This document shows, piece after piece, positions 39,667 through 53,870 of a stretch of 64,000 nt of DNA (positions within the stretch are counted from its first letter, which is position 1; every line of letters begins with the position of its first letter). Under the pieces are notes generated by a model, which worked only from the letters and a program-made list of their open reading frames with translations, made no database searches and was not told the origin of the DNA. Source of the stretch: Octopus sinensis. Its lineage: Eukaryota. Both the position numbers and the translations under genes were made by a program. The DNA lies in assembly GCF_006345805.1 (NCBI RefSeq), contig NW_021830454.1, positions 887 through 64,886 of the forward strand, written 5' to 3'.

Positions 39667-41661
39667 CCGCCACACATGGATCCTCGAAACACTAGTCATT
39701 AACAAAGTAGCACCAACAATTATAAAATACATAGGACACTCTATGAATAAATGGCAAACAGTTCTACAGCTCCAAACAAAAGAGGGACTCATGAAAACCA
39801 AAGCCATCCCCAGTAGAAGAGGAATATTCCAGGGAGACACGCTCTCTCCACTCCTTTTCTGCTTGGCACTGTCACCTCTATCTTATATGCTAAATAGAAC
39901 TGGATGCGAATATAAATGTTACGGCAAAAAATCAGCCACCTTTTATATATGGATGACCTAAAACTATACGCTGCAAATGACAAAAAGCTGGAAACACTAT
40001 TAAAAACAGTTCATGGATTTACCAAAGAAATAGATATGAAATTTGGATTAGAAAAATGCGCCAAAGTAACCATGAAAATAGGAAAACTAGTTAAGAGTAG
40101 CAACATCACACTAGATATAACCAATGAAATAAAAGAATTAGACCAAAGCCAAACTTAAAAATACCTAGGAATCCATGAACTAGATAAGACACAACACACA
40201 CAAATGGAAGAGAAGATAAAAAAAGAATATTATAGACGAGTTAGATCAATACTAAAAACAGAGCTCAATGCTTAAAACAAAATAATAGGCATTAACACTT
40301 TAGCCGTCCCAGTTATAAGTTACAGCTACAATATCCTTAACTGGACACTAAATGACCTGACCAAAATAGATAGGAAAACAAGAAAAATAATGACAGGATC
40401 TAGGATTCATCACCCAAAATCTGACATAGAAAGACTATATATACAACGTATAGAAGGTGGTAGAGGCCTTATACAGCTGGAAAACTACTATAAAATAACC
40501 ACCATAGGACTGCAAAAATATCTACTTCAGAAGGAAGGCAAACTGATACAAAGAGCGGCAAAACAATAGCAAAACAAAAAACTGTTCTCAGTATTTAAGG
40601 AAGCTGACATGTACAAACAAGAAATCATACCACCTAGCAGATATGAAAAGAAGAAGAAGAAGAAGAAGAAGAAGAAGAAGAAGAAGAAAAGAAGAAGAAG
40701 AAGAAGAAGAAGAAGAAGAAGAAGAAGAAACAAAAGCTATAAAACAAATGAAATCCAAATTAAAACTAGGACAACAACGAACTATGATAAAACGATGGCA
40801 AGAAAAGCCCCATCATGGCAAATACTGGACTAAACTAAATGCAAAAGAAATAGACAAAGAAAAATCCCAGCAATGTTTGAGAAGCTCAGGACTCAAAGCA
40901 GAGACAGAGGGATTTTTAATTGCAGCACAAGACCAAAGCCTCCCCACCAGAAATTACCAAAAACATGTAATGAAAAGATATATAACAAGTAACTGCAGAA
41001 TATGTGGAGATGGACAAGAAACAATAAATCATATTATCTCTGGCTGCCCAGTCCTGGCTAAGAAGGAATATATTCACAGACACGACAGTGTTCGGACCTA
41101 CATACACTGGAAGCTATGCCAACATTATGGAATAACAACAAAAAAAGATGGTATAGGCACACACCAGAAAAGGTCACAGAAAACGAGAAAGCAACCATAC
41201 TCTGGGATATGCCGATACACACAGATAGAGAAATTAAGGCCAACAGACCAGATATAGTTGCCAGAGATCATGAAGGAAAAAATGCTTTCTTATTGATGTA
41301 TCAATACCAGCAGATGACAACGTGTCTCTAAAAGAAATGGAGAAACTTTCAAAATACAAAGACCTGGAAATAGAGGTAACCAGAATGTGGAATCTAAAAA
41401 CAGAAACAATTTCTATCATAGTGGGTGCATTAGGCATGACAAAAAAATGTTCAGACAAATACATAACAAAAACACCAGGACTTACAAATACATATAACAT
41501 ACAGAAAATTGCACTACTAGGCACTGCACACATCCTACGCAGAACACTTTCCATACAATAACCATCAGATCATCACAACAAATCACAGCACATACACAAG
41601 GTACACAGAGCTGCGCTCGGTAGTGAAGTGAAAGCACGCTATAAAAATAAAACTACGAAAG
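39667..41661 (+). mobile_element. R4/Dong-like RLE non-LTR retrotransposon, 5'-truncated, decayed
   Basis: RT GIFQGDTLSPLLF and LLYMDDLKLY (YMDD 39946-39957), ETEGFLIAAQDQ, CRICG..ETINHIISGC knuckle, RPDI..DVSIP..KLSKY nuclease, IIVGALG; frameshifts and stops; internal (GAA)n at 40645-40728; (AAT)n on both flanks. Confidence 0.9.
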
Positions 41662-41760
41662 AATAATAATAATAATAATAATAATGCCGATGGAGATGAT
41701 GATGATGGTAAACGCGCACTACTTAAATCATAAATACATAGATAGATATACCCATTTATT

Positions 41761-41811
<51 letters not shown>

Positions 41812-42314
41812 CATGATTGCCTATGTGTGATTCTCTGTGCTTAATTTCGCACCGTATTTATATATGCTGTAACCTCATGGAAATCGTTTATGATGTGATT
41901 ATGTGAAGTAGCTCATACGGGAATGGAAACCGCTTCGTAAAATTATTGCAAGCGATAACCAGCACCGTAAAAACATATAGAATCTGATACGGAAAGCTTA
42001 TATAAATGACAATCTTAAATGAAAAATTATTAAAAAAAAATTTATACATAAATATTTCAAGCAAGTGATAAAACATTTGCCGAAATTTTCTTCTCTGATA
42101 CATAGATTCCATCGAAATTTCTTTGCCAAAAATTCATCATTTCTTTCGTGCTTCTGCCCCACACCGTTTTATTTCTTCATTTACCGTTTTCTTTTTTTTT
42201 CTTTTCATTATTAAAGTAGCAAAAAAACGTCCAGCATTTTCACCTTATGATCAAATATTTTCTTATAAACATGCTTTTTTTATCATCTAACAATTTTTTT
42301 TAATTCCATATTTT

Positions 42315-42378
<64 letters not shown>

Positions 42379-42508
42379 ATTATTATTATCATTATTATTA
42401 CCATTATCGGTGTTCATCATCAATGTTCGTTTACTTATTATTTTGTTATTACTGATCTTATTGTTCTTAACTTTCTCCTTGTTTCTCATATTTCTTCGGT
42501 CATTATTT

Positions 42509-42564
<56 letters not shown>

Positions 42565-42819
42565 GTAATTTTTATTGTTAATTTTTTTTTGTAATATAAT
42601 ATCGAATTACCCTCGTAGTTAACTAATATCAAACACTGAAATATCTCCATATTTTACGCATATATATACATATATATATTATATATATATATATATATAT
42701 AATATATATATATATAATATATATATATATATGTATATATATATGCATCCATATGTATGTATATATATATGCGTACACAGAGATTTAATGGCATACATAT
42801 GTGTATATATACATATATG

Positions 42820-42871
<52 letters not shown>

Positions 42872-44029
42872 TATATATTCATATATATATTAATGTATAT
42901 ATATGTATGTATACATGAATATGTACATATACGTACATATATTTTGTTTTGAAATATGATAAAGCTTAATAATAAATAGAAAAGGGGCCAGTGAAAATGG
43001 AGGAAAAATATGAAATAATATATTTGTCCAAACATCGAGGATGTATCAAAAATCTCAGTAATATTTCTCTTTTCTTCTTCTTCTTCTCTCTGAGAGTCTT
43101 ACTACTCTTCCTTCCCCTTCTATTTCTCTCTCTCTAACACACACATACACACACATTACTGAGTTTCATAAATTCACCGCAAACCTCCATGATACGCTTA
43201 TAGTTTTTTTGATATATTTTTATACAATTTTTCTTTATTAACATTATTTTTTTTAATCGAAAGAAGAGAAAAAAAAAGCCTGGCACGATGGCAATATGTG
43301 AGTAAGTATGTGTGCATTTAAGTTATTTTATTTTTTTCAGTGTCAAAGAAAAGGGTGGGTGGCGTAGATTGATGGTGCAAAAAAACATAATCAGCTTATA
43401 TTATGGTTTAATAATATAAAAAATATATTGCTATATATATATTTATACACTATTATTTATATCTAAACATATAAGCATACGTGCTCTCAGAAAATAGAGA
43501 AGGATATAAATATACATGCATCATCATATATATATATATATATGCTTGTGTGTATGTACATATATATACGTATATATATATATATATATATATATTAATA
43601 TATATCTATGCTCATGGCTATATTATATATATATATAGCTATAGATATATACATATAATTATATATATATATATACGCGTGCGAGCTATGATATGCATAT
43701 CATACATAAAGCGTAATGGCTATATAGTTTGTTATTCCTTCAATCAATTTTAAAATAATGTATCGCTTGTCTCATTTCTTGTCCTTTGTTTTGTACTCCG
43801 TATTCATACTGTGCTATTCTCTCTCTCTCTCTCTCTCTTACTTTCACTTTCACTTTCTCTTTATCTTTCTTCCCTTCTTTCTTTCTTCTTGGGGGTGCTC
43901 TTCATGATCATGGTAGGGGTGCAGTGTTTGGTTGGTTTCCATTTAGTTTTGACGAACATTATTTAACTGACCTGCCTTTTGGAAAGCTAACAATATTAAC
44001 AACAACAACGACAACAACAGCAACAACAA

Positions 44030-44284
44030 GTACAAGAACAACAACATCAATAACAATAATAATATTAATAATAATAAGGATGATGATGATGATGATGATA
44101 ATAATAATAATAATATTATTATTAATAATAATAATAGTAAAATAATGATAATAGTAATAGCGATAATAATAACAATAATAGTAACAATGATTATAAAATC
44201 AATAATAATATTAATAATGGTAATATTCAAAATATTGAAATCATAATAATATTACTAATAATAGTTATATTAGCAGGGATAATG

Positions 44285-44335
<51 letters not shown>

Positions 44336-44460
44336 GTGATCATGATAATAATAACAATATTGGTAGATATTTATAAGATTCATGTCTAATAATAACAATA
44401 ATAAAAATCATAATAAGAATAATAACATAATGATGATAAATAGAAAAAAATTTTCATAAT
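44030..44460. repeat. (AAT)n degenerate microsatellite
   Basis: Direct reading. Confidence 0.9.
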
Positions 44461-44757
44461 ATAATACTATTAAGTTGAACTTATTAAGTGAAGACAAAAG
44501 GGATAGTTAATATAGGAAAGAAATATATGCAAATGAAAGGAAACGAACGTTGCGGCAAAAAGAAACAATAGTAACAATAACAAAACTTCAAAATGTCAAT
44601 GTGACTTCATTTAATATGAAGGCCATCCCCACCCACACATCGAGTAATTATTGTCTATCATCTGATGAATTTATTTTATTTTATTTTATTTTTTTTATTC
44701 AGTTTTTTGTAAAGTGATATTTTATAAAATAGAGTTAGTTATTATAAGTTGGCTCAG

Positions 44758-44990
44758 AAGGCGACGAAATGGCAGAGTTGTTTATGTATGGGATAGATTG
44801 TATTGCGGTATATATATTCCAACGCTTTACGTACTGAGTTCGAATTCCACCGAAGCCGATTTTGACTGATTTTGATCCAGCGCTGATTAAAGCAGCGAAA
44901 TTGCGGAGACGAGGATCGAATAACACCCTACCAATAAAAATTGCGGGTCATGTTCTTAAATCAGAAACATTTAAAAGTTCATTCGAAAAG
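44758..44990 (+). mobile_element. SINE family C, highly diverged
   Basis: AAGGCGACGAAATGGCAGA...TTTACGTACTGAGTTCGAATTCCACCGAAGCCGA. Confidence 0.55.
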
Positions 44991-45152
44991 CGGATAGAAA
45001 GCGTTGTATGTGCGCGCGTGTGTGTGTGTGTGTGTGTGTTGTGTCTATATATATCTTAAGTAAAATCATAAATCTGAAAAGGAAGCACACTCTAAGTATC
45101 AGAGCAGCAGAGTAATTAGCTAAAGATAGTTCAGGCCGGACCCTGGGGTTAC

Positions 45153-45291
45153 CCATATTTTCTCCTCGATAAAGCGCTTAACTTTACGGCATCTCTCCAG
45201 ATACTCTAATGGCAACTGGCCTATAATATCTCTTCTAATTTGAAGGAGAAATGATTCTTTCTCTTTCCACTTTGAAGAGAAGTTATAGGGT
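45153..45291 (-). CDS. Candidate internal coding exon of an unidentified host gene (139 nt, phase 2 to phase 0)
   Basis: Acceptor gcttctcttcag, donor TGG|gtaacc; the only open frame is PYNFSSKWKEKESFLLQIRRDIIGQLPLEYLERCRKVKRFIEEKIW; unique, non-repetitive sequence. Confidence 0.5.
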
Positions 45292-45593
45292 CTGAAGAGA
45301 AGCCTTAATACTAAGAGATTTATGGGCATGAAACACAGGTAAACACATATACAGGCAATAACTATCTTCATCTTGTTAATATATATATATATGCATGTAT
45401 GTATATGCGTGCGTATGTATCACTGTAACGAAAATCGGATGTTGTTATACATCGCTGGTCACAATGTGTTTCCTCGTGTTGTTGTAAATTTCGCTGGCTA
45501 GGTAGGCAGGTCAGCATTCCCTCTCAACGGAAAGTGAGTCCGTTGAAGGGCTATCCATTTACCACTAGGGTAAATGTCTGGGGCTTTTTCTTA

Positions 45594-45635
<42 letters not shown>

Positions 45636-46484
45636 ATATAGGGAGTAAATCCAAATTTACAGGGAAAATTAGATTTAGGATTAAATCCAATTTCACAGTA
45701 TAAATATAAATTAAATTAGAGATAATATATGTATATATACATTGATGCTATAGGAATTTTAAAATTGCGAGACCATACAATATTTTTTTCTTTTAACGGT
45801 GAAAATCGAGTAATTACTGTGTTAAAAACGGAGGGAAAATCTTGAGAAAGGTTTCTGGTCCTATGGTTGAGCGACTGTCATATTTATAGGAGGCATGTGT
45901 TCAATTTCCACGATCAAGGTTTGAATTTTTCAAACGAAAGGCATTCTTTAACCCAATAAATACACGCTATTATTTATAGCTTTATCTGCTTCGAAATTCA
46001 ACTTCCAAGGAAATAATCTAAATATACACATATATGGGAATGTGTGTTAATGACATTCCTAAATATTTTATTTCTTCATATTTTGTAACTTAAATTAATA
46101 ATTTTACCTTATGTGACATATAAATTTTTAACATTTCGAATGAGATGGAATAACGGTTAATTTGTGGCTAGAACTCCATGCCAATCTATGTTATCCAATT
46201 TTCAATCAAATTCTGAACGTATTTAGTCCTTTCATTTTCGTTTGGTGTCATATAACTTTTCGGAATGTACGGTTCAAACTGAATTTTAATCGGTAAATAT
46301 GGAGAAAGTATTTTGGACCGTTTCTAAAACTATGTCTTATCCCACACCGAAAACAATGAAGATAAAAAGATAAATCGAATCTGCTGTTTTATTCTACTCT
46401 CCGATGTTCTGTGTATTTTTCAAGTGTTTACAACCCTTAAAGTAAATTAGATGACAAGCACACACACTCACACACACACACACA

Positions 46485-46551
<67 letters not shown>

Positions 46552-46699
46552 AACACACACACACACTCACACACACTCACACAATGAGTTGAAAGGAATA
46601 TGTAATCCTGGCGGTTACCGTGTTTCCACTTAAATCGCTTTCATATGTCGGCTAATCACGACAAACCTTTTGTGATATCCGAGTTAGCAACAAGTTGGC

Positions 46700-46821
46700 C
46701 TCGGGTTCAGTCCAACTGCGTGGCACCCTGGGCAAGTGTCTTCTACTATAGCCTCGGGCCGACCAAATCCTTGTGAGTGGATTTGGTAGACGGAAACTGA
46801 AAGAAGCCTGTCGTATATATG

Positions 46822-46870
<49 letters not shown>

Positions 46871-47075
46871 ATATGTTTGTGTGCCTATGTTTGTCCCCCC
46901 AACATCGCTTGACAACCGACGCTGGTGTGTTTACGTCCCCGTAAGGTAGCGGTTCGGCAAAAGGAGACCGATAGAATAAGTACTAGGCTTACAAAGAATA
47001 AGTCCTGGTGTCGATTTGCTCGACTAAAAGCGGTGCTCCCGCATGGCCAGAGTCAAATAACTGAAACAAGTAAAA
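46700..47075 (+). mobile_element. SINE family A, 5'-truncated head
   Basis: GGGTTCAGTCCAACTGCGTGGCACC through GCGGTGCTCCCGCATGGCCAGAGTCAAATAACTGAAACAAGTAAAA; closely matches 89-480. Confidence 0.9.
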
Positions 47076-47397
47076 CCCTGGCAATTATTTTCATTGGGTA
47101 CATCTAAGTGTCCTATTCATTTCATTACATCGTGCAAACGTAAAGCCTATTTTTATTATATTCATTGTATTCACGGTACACGTTTCTTAATAATGAGAAA
47201 TTTGTGACTTCAGAGTATTAACTCCTGTTTCTAACAAGCTGGTATTTCGGTATCCTAATTTATTTGTATATTTTGCATTTTTAGGTTAAACATCTTGACC
47301 ACTTTATTATTGTTATTTTTAGTAATGGTAATTATTCAACTACGCAATTACTCACAAGCAGCATCTTTCAGAGCTTGTCGCTAATCCAGTTCTTTAC

Positions 47398-47608
47398 CAA
47401 ATGGAAAACTGCTAACATTTTTGAAGAGGGTTGGTCCCTAACTACATTTTGGTCCAGTAAGAAAAAGTTTACATCAAAATTTGTAGTGATGTTACAGGAG
47501 AGTAAATAACGCCACCAATCAAGTTTAGATGAAAATAACTTAGTTTCAATGATAGAAGAAGGCGTGAAGAATTTCATAGTTTTGATCCCATGCAACAGAA
47601 ATTTGTAT
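47398..47608 (-). CDS. Candidate coding exon (211 nt, phase 2 to phase 0)
   Basis: Acceptor ttttcacaactttttag, donor TTG|gtaaag; one frame open for ~80 codons in AT-rich unique DNA; no recognised homology. Confidence 0.3.
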
Positions 47609-48199
47609 CTAAAAAGTTGTGAAAACAAATGTATCATATATAAGACAAAAGATTGGGTTTAACAATAATTAATCTTTTTAATTTTGGAAACAAACCCTAT
47701 TTTAATTAACCTCAAATGATAGAGCTCAATTCGAGGAATTTCATGATATCAATCTCATGTAACGAAGTTTTAAAAGAAAAAAAATTTATGAGTGTTTCTT
47801 TCTCGAATCTGAGGGTGATAATATATTTATGAATATAATTCTAGGGGAATTTTGATACATGTCACCGGCATCATTGAGGTAACGAAAAATTATCAAAGAC
47901 ACCGCTAATTGACACATATGACACATTGTTAATTAGCATAATACCATAGCCTGTAAAAATCTTGGATTATATGAAAAATGCGAGCAAGAGAAATAATATT
48001 CTTAATATAATTTGGAAAAGTTCAGGACAAGTTATAACATCTGGTAAAGTAAACAAGAAAATTTTTACTTACAATATTGCAGCTAAGGATAAAATAGTTT
48101 AATTGAGTTATCTTATATTTTTAATAGAAGTAACACGTAATAACAAATAGAAGTGATAACTTGTAACATTCTTTTTTTTTAGTTTTAATAAAGGCTAAT

Positions 48200-49441
48200 A
48201 ATTTCCCCACGAATCCTTTCTTTCAAATGCTCAACAGTTCGAAGACGATTTCAGGAAACTTCTTCCTTTATATATACCCGGAAGAAAAAATCATAAGGGA
48301 TTCTATCTGATGACCTTGCCGGCCACTCCACGTCTTCCCTCAAAGAAATCATGATCAGTAAACATTTCCCTCGACATTCCAAGTGAACGTAGTGCTGTGT
48401 GTGCCCTTACTCCGTCTTGTTGAAACTATAGATGTTCGATATTCAACTTGTCCAGTTTAGGAGGCAAAATGTTCCTCAAAATTTCAATGTACCGGCCAGA
48501 TGTAACCGTTACCGTTTCATCACTTTCTTCAAAAAGTACGGATCGATAAATTCAAATTCAAACTGCACACCAGTTACACTAGGAGAATGTAGCGGTCTTT
48601 TGTGGAGTTCATAAAGATTATGTTCAGCCCAGTAGCGAAAATTTTGCTTGTTTACGTTTCTTTGATATGGAAGCGAGCCTCATCGATACTCAGAAGAACA
48701 GCTGCAGCGGGAACTTGTGCAAGAATATCTGCACATAGAGCTTTACGATTGTTATGATCTGTCTCGGTTAATTCTCAAACTAACTTCATTTTGTAAGGAT
48801 GCAGTTTCAAATCAGCATGTAGAATCCTCCTCAAACTTCGGCTTGATATTCCTAACGGTATGCTGGCAGAAACGATAGCACGTTGGGCGAAATGCGTAGC
48901 CGTATTTCGTCTGCCGTTACGTTCTGAGTTCAAATTCCGCCGAGGTCGACTTTGCCTTTCATCCTTTCTGGTCGATAAATTAAGTATCAGTTACGCACTG
49001 TGGTCGATATAATTGACTTAATCCGTTTGTCTGTCCTTGTTTTTCCACTCTGTGTTTAGCCCCTCGTGGGTAGTAAAGAAATAGGTATGCTATGCTTATG
49101 AGCAGAACGCTGTGGCGATTGCTGAACAGATGCTGTCATTGATGCCACATTTTCTGGAGTTCTAACGGTTCTAGGTCTGTCAGGTGATTTTCTTTTCAAT
49201 GTGGACCCAGTTGCATGAAAGTTAGAAATCCTAAGCAAAAGGGTTTTCCGTTCTTGTACAGATGCATTTCAACCGACTGCAGAGGTAGAACTAAAAGACA
49301 GAATTTTTTTCAGTAATTAAAGATAAATACACAAATGGTAGATCTTAGCCGTCCAAACGAAACCTGCCCTGTCTCCCTACTTTTACTTATCTCCACACGG
49401 TGCTTTCTCTAAATGTGGAAGATTCTTATGCTGCACCCTCT
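48200..49441 (-). mobile_element. Tc1/mariner DD41D (rosa-like) transposon remnant interrupted by a SINE
   Basis: TGSTLKRKSPDRPRTVRTPENV HTH region, SIDEARFH, FQQDG...WPARSSDRIPYDFF with 41 residues between the last two Asp after restoring a 2-nt deletion; TIR-like GAGGGTG end near 49440. Confidence 0.8.
48865..49083 (+). mobile_element. SINE family C with 8-bp TSD
   Basis: GGTATGCT at 48857-48864 and 49084-49091 flanks the copy. Confidence 0.9.
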
Positions 49442-49972
49442 ATATTTCTTCAGCTGTAGAGAAGCGGGGCGTTAGAGAATGAGAAATTTAGAGGTTCATA
49501 ATCATTGACAGAATGGCTCTGTTGCTGGTTTATAATAACTCTATTTTGTTGTGTATATCTGTGTGCTTAATTTATGTATGTATATATCCGGTTATTTGTA
49601 TATGTTAATGCTCATTAAGATGTGTATATCTCTCAATTATTCTCTTAATGTCCATAAAGAAATTACATTTTTGAATATGACTGATTTAGAGCGCATGCGT
49701 GCGGCTAAATCTGACCTTTCTAACAAGCATTTGTATATATAAGTAATTCCTTGTACATGTACATGAATGTATCAGGGTAAGTGTCGTACGTGTGTGTACC
49801 TCTGTTAATATGGGTGCATATATATCCGTAAATATTTGTGTATATTATATAACGATGCTGATGTGTGCGCATGACATAAAGAGATTCTTTTAAGTTTCCG
49901 TTTGGAAGCATTGGAGATGTGCAACAATTGAATGCATGCTGTGTATTTTCGTATCTATATATATATGTTTAG

Positions 49973-50023
<51 letters not shown>

Positions 50024-50419
50024 TAATGGTGCTTGTGCAGTTAGGTATAAAGTCATCTGTATACGATAGTCCCGAAAAGTTCTTGACTTTGGATAAAAGA
50101 AAATACAGGAGGGTCAGTCAATCTTATATTTGAGGTGAAGGGCCTGAGAATGTCTTAGACCCTAGCATTCCTTCGAGAACGTTCCAATGAAATAAGAAAA
50201 AACAAGTCAAAAAACAATAAAGATCCAGGGTCAGCATCTTCACCCTGATTCAATGGATCTATGACAAAATGCGTTCCAGGCTTGATCGTCCTGTCTTAAT
50301 TATTCGAATCTCATACCTACTTTTAAATAGATTTACATAGAAAAACCTTGTAGAGAAAAAAGCGAGAATTATTTAAGAATTAGTGTAGAAGTGTTTCTGT
50401 CAAGCATAGATGTTCTTGG

Positions 50420-50775
50420 CGCTCCGCTGGTTACGACGTTGATCCGATCAACAGAATAGCCTGCTGGTGAAATTAACGTGCAAGTGGCTGAGCACTCCAC
50501 AGACACGTGTACCATTAACGTACTTCTTGGGGTGATTCAGCGTGACACGGAGTGTGACAAGGCTGGCTCTTTGAAATACAGGTACAAGAGAAACGGGAAG
50601 AAAGAGTGAGAGAAAGTTGTGGCGAAAGAGTACAACAGCGTTTGCCACCATCCCCTGCCGGAGCATCGTGGTACTGTAGGTGTTTTCGCTCAATGAAAAC
50701 TCACAACACCCGGTCTGGGAATCGAAACCGCGATCATACGACCACGAGACCGCTGCTCTAAACTCTGGGCCATTG
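50420..50775 (-). mobile_element. SINE family B, near full length
   Basis: Homologous to 4020-4213 and 54031-54327. Confidence 0.85.
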
Positions 50776-50806
50776 GGTCTACACCAACCATAGATGATTC
50801 TTCCGT

Positions 50807-50883
50807 AAAATACCATGAGCATTGTGAATTAAAATACCATGAGACATTGTGAATTAAAATACCATGAGACAGTGAATTAAAAT
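50807..50883. repeat. Minisatellite, 3 x ~25-bp unit AAAATACCATGAGACATTGTGAATT
   Basis: Direct reading. Confidence 0.9.
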
Positions 50884-51127
50884 GTTAGTATGAAAGCCTG
50901 TGTGTATGAAAGAGAAAACGTGTGCGTGTGTGTGTGTGTGTGTGGCGTCATTTGAACGCTAAAACAATGCGAAGTGCATTGTGACCAGCGATGTGTAGCA
51001 AAATCTGATAGCCTGGTCGGTCACGGTGATATATATATACATATATATATACTTAATCATATCGAAGGGAAACGGAAATTAATAGAAATCCTATTTTTTT
51101 CAAAATCTACTGCGCATATATATATAT

Positions 51128-51159
<32 letters not shown>

Positions 51160-51342
51160 GTAGATAGATAGATAGATATAGATATAGATAGATAGATAGA
51201 TATAGATAGATAGATAGATAATACATACATATACACATACATACACATATATATATGTATATATGTATATATATGTATCTATCTATCTCTATATATATTT
51301 ATATACCTATATAAATATAGATGGATAGATAGATAGATAGAC

Positions 51343-51428
<86 letters not shown>
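51160..51428. repeat. (GATA)n microsatellites
   Basis: Direct reading. Confidence 0.9.
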
Positions 51429-52031
51429 CCTGCCTAATGTTGATTGTGTCTTTTCACGTAGCCTGTGAATTGTGAGATATGATTTTATGTGCTTCACAAT
51501 ATTTGTGAGAAAAATCAAATGAACGGCAGTAGAACTATGGATGTATAAAATATACACTCGCAATCCTATATACATGGCAGCACTACAATGAAATACGACA
51601 TGAAATTATCAGGAGTAGACGATGATAAACATATGCAAAAACTATAAAGCTATATATAAATAAAGGTGTACAGTGTGGTATACATACATATATTGTGTTA
51701 TCATTGTTCTGTAACGTGACCATCTTCCATTAAGAATTGAAGATGTGCATGTATACTTAAGGGAATACATACTTATACATGTAAATGTATGTGCATATAT
51801 ATATATGTTTGTGTGTGTGTGTGTGTTGGCGTGTGTGAGTTTGCATGTATGTATGCATGTACCATATATATTTTTATATAGTAAACACATTCACAAACGC
51901 TGTCACAGAAATACTAAATATCATATACGCACACACACATTTATATATATATATATATACACACACATATACATACACACACACACACACACAACATATA
52001 TATATATACACACATATACATACACACACAC

Positions 52032-52062
<31 letters not shown>

Positions 52063-52280
52063 GCCTGTCTGTATGTATGTGTGTAGGTATATACGTTACA
52101 TGCATACACATGTAATTACATATAAATCTATGTGTATATATGTATATATATATGTGTATGTGTGTGTGCGGAGAGCGAGAAGTGGAACAGAGAGGCAGAT
52201 AGAAATATAGATAAATAGGTAGATATTCACATAATTGGGTATCCTTATTTTAATAATCTGTTGTTAAATAAATCTTGTCA

Positions 52281-52324
<44 letters not shown>

Positions 52325-53289
52325 CATATATGTGTATGTGTGTATGTGTGTTTGTGTACATACATACATACATACAAACATACATACATACATACATATA
52401 CATATATACACGAGAGAGAGTTAGACAGAGAGGTTTGTCTATGTATATATATTTCCTTACATATATAGACATACGTTTACACACATACGCACACACAAAC
52501 AAACACATGAATATATGTCCACACACTCTCTCCCTCTCTCTTTCTTTTCTTTACGCGCATACTCACAGGCATTTACGTCTTCGAATTTTTACGTGGAACA
52601 CGTAACCTTCCTTCGTTCTTTCTTCAATATTCGTCATGCGGACTCACTGCTTCTTTATAGCATATAAAGACGAAGGAGACTTTAAGTCGCCAAACGACAT
52701 GATAGAAATGACTAGCAAATCCTTCTTGTTTCTTCGTTGCGAATTTAAAACTAACGCCATATTTACCCTGTCAAAAATTTACGGAAATGAACTTAAGGTA
52801 GTTCACATTCGAAAGACAACAAAGGGAATTTTGTATACTAGTTGCTTTGATGATCTTTGCTAATTGCGCCCTTTCTGCTCATTGCAAACACACACACTCA
52901 CACACATACATACGTACATACACACATACATACTTGCATGCATTCACCGCGCCAGTACTGTTTTCAATATCCGAGCTACTTAACTGGGCTGTAGCGGATA
53001 TCCACTGTATAAGCATGTATAACCCCGCGAGATCGTGACCATGACAGGAAACTTCCACTGTAATAGGGTTATTAAGAATCTCCACCTAAGAAGAGATCAT
53101 GGCGATTGAGACTTGAGATAGTGTAAACAGCACTTACTATGCAGCAGTAGCAAGAAATAAATGCATAAACCTTAAGTTGACACGTAGGAGAACAACATCC
53201 TAAGTGTCGGCAGCGAGCTACTCCAGCAGGCGCTCTGATCCTAACGACCACACATACAAACCTCAAACAGCCAAACTCCCATAACTCAA

Positions 53290-53870
53290 AGGAGACTTGG
53301 ATGTGAAATGCTCAGCATGCAGAAAGTATCAAGCATGGATATGTTTCCCAAAAAACTTAAAGAAGGCACCAATATCGACATGAAATGCAACCTTTTTGTT
53401 TTTGTTTTTGGTGTCCTGACCTCTACATCACATAACACTCCAAAGACTTATTCAATTACAGTCCTTGAGTAAGAGATTGGCTACAAAATATCTAACAGAC
53501 AAAAGAAGCAGGGAAGCCCTTGGAGCTCGAAGCTGCAACAAGAACACTTCGAATACGTCATACGTATGTGGAAACCCCAAACATGAGATTAGTTAGCAGC
53601 TGCCCAAAAATGTCATCATAATAATACCTCCCAATACAAGATGACGTCCGAGTAAAATGCTGTTGAGCGATAGAAAATGTGAATACATACTTAAATATCA
53701 ACAAAAAGAATATTTATTGAACATTGCCATCAAAACGTCTACCAAGTGCAAGTGTATAACACATTGGATATCCTTATTTGAGACAGCTACATAAAATATG
53801 TTTCATCATAGCGATCAGCTCCCTTGCTGATGTGAATAACACTTTGAAACACAAGGACAGAGACATCTCT
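53290..53870 (+). mobile_element. RLE-type non-LTR fragment, heavily decayed (similar to copy C family)
   Basis: Frame-shifted translation shows E*EIxTKYLTDKR and SSCPKMSS..YLP. Confidence 0.55.

Noticed and set aside
45523-45580. Two adjacent hairpins (TCAACGGA/TCCGTTGA and CATTTACC/GGTAAATG)
   Set aside because: Probably a decayed SINE body; there is no evidence for a structured ncRNA from a single copy.
50807-50883. CRISPR-like repeat array
   Set aside because: Units are contiguous with no spacers and the context is eukaryotic; an ordinary minisatellite.
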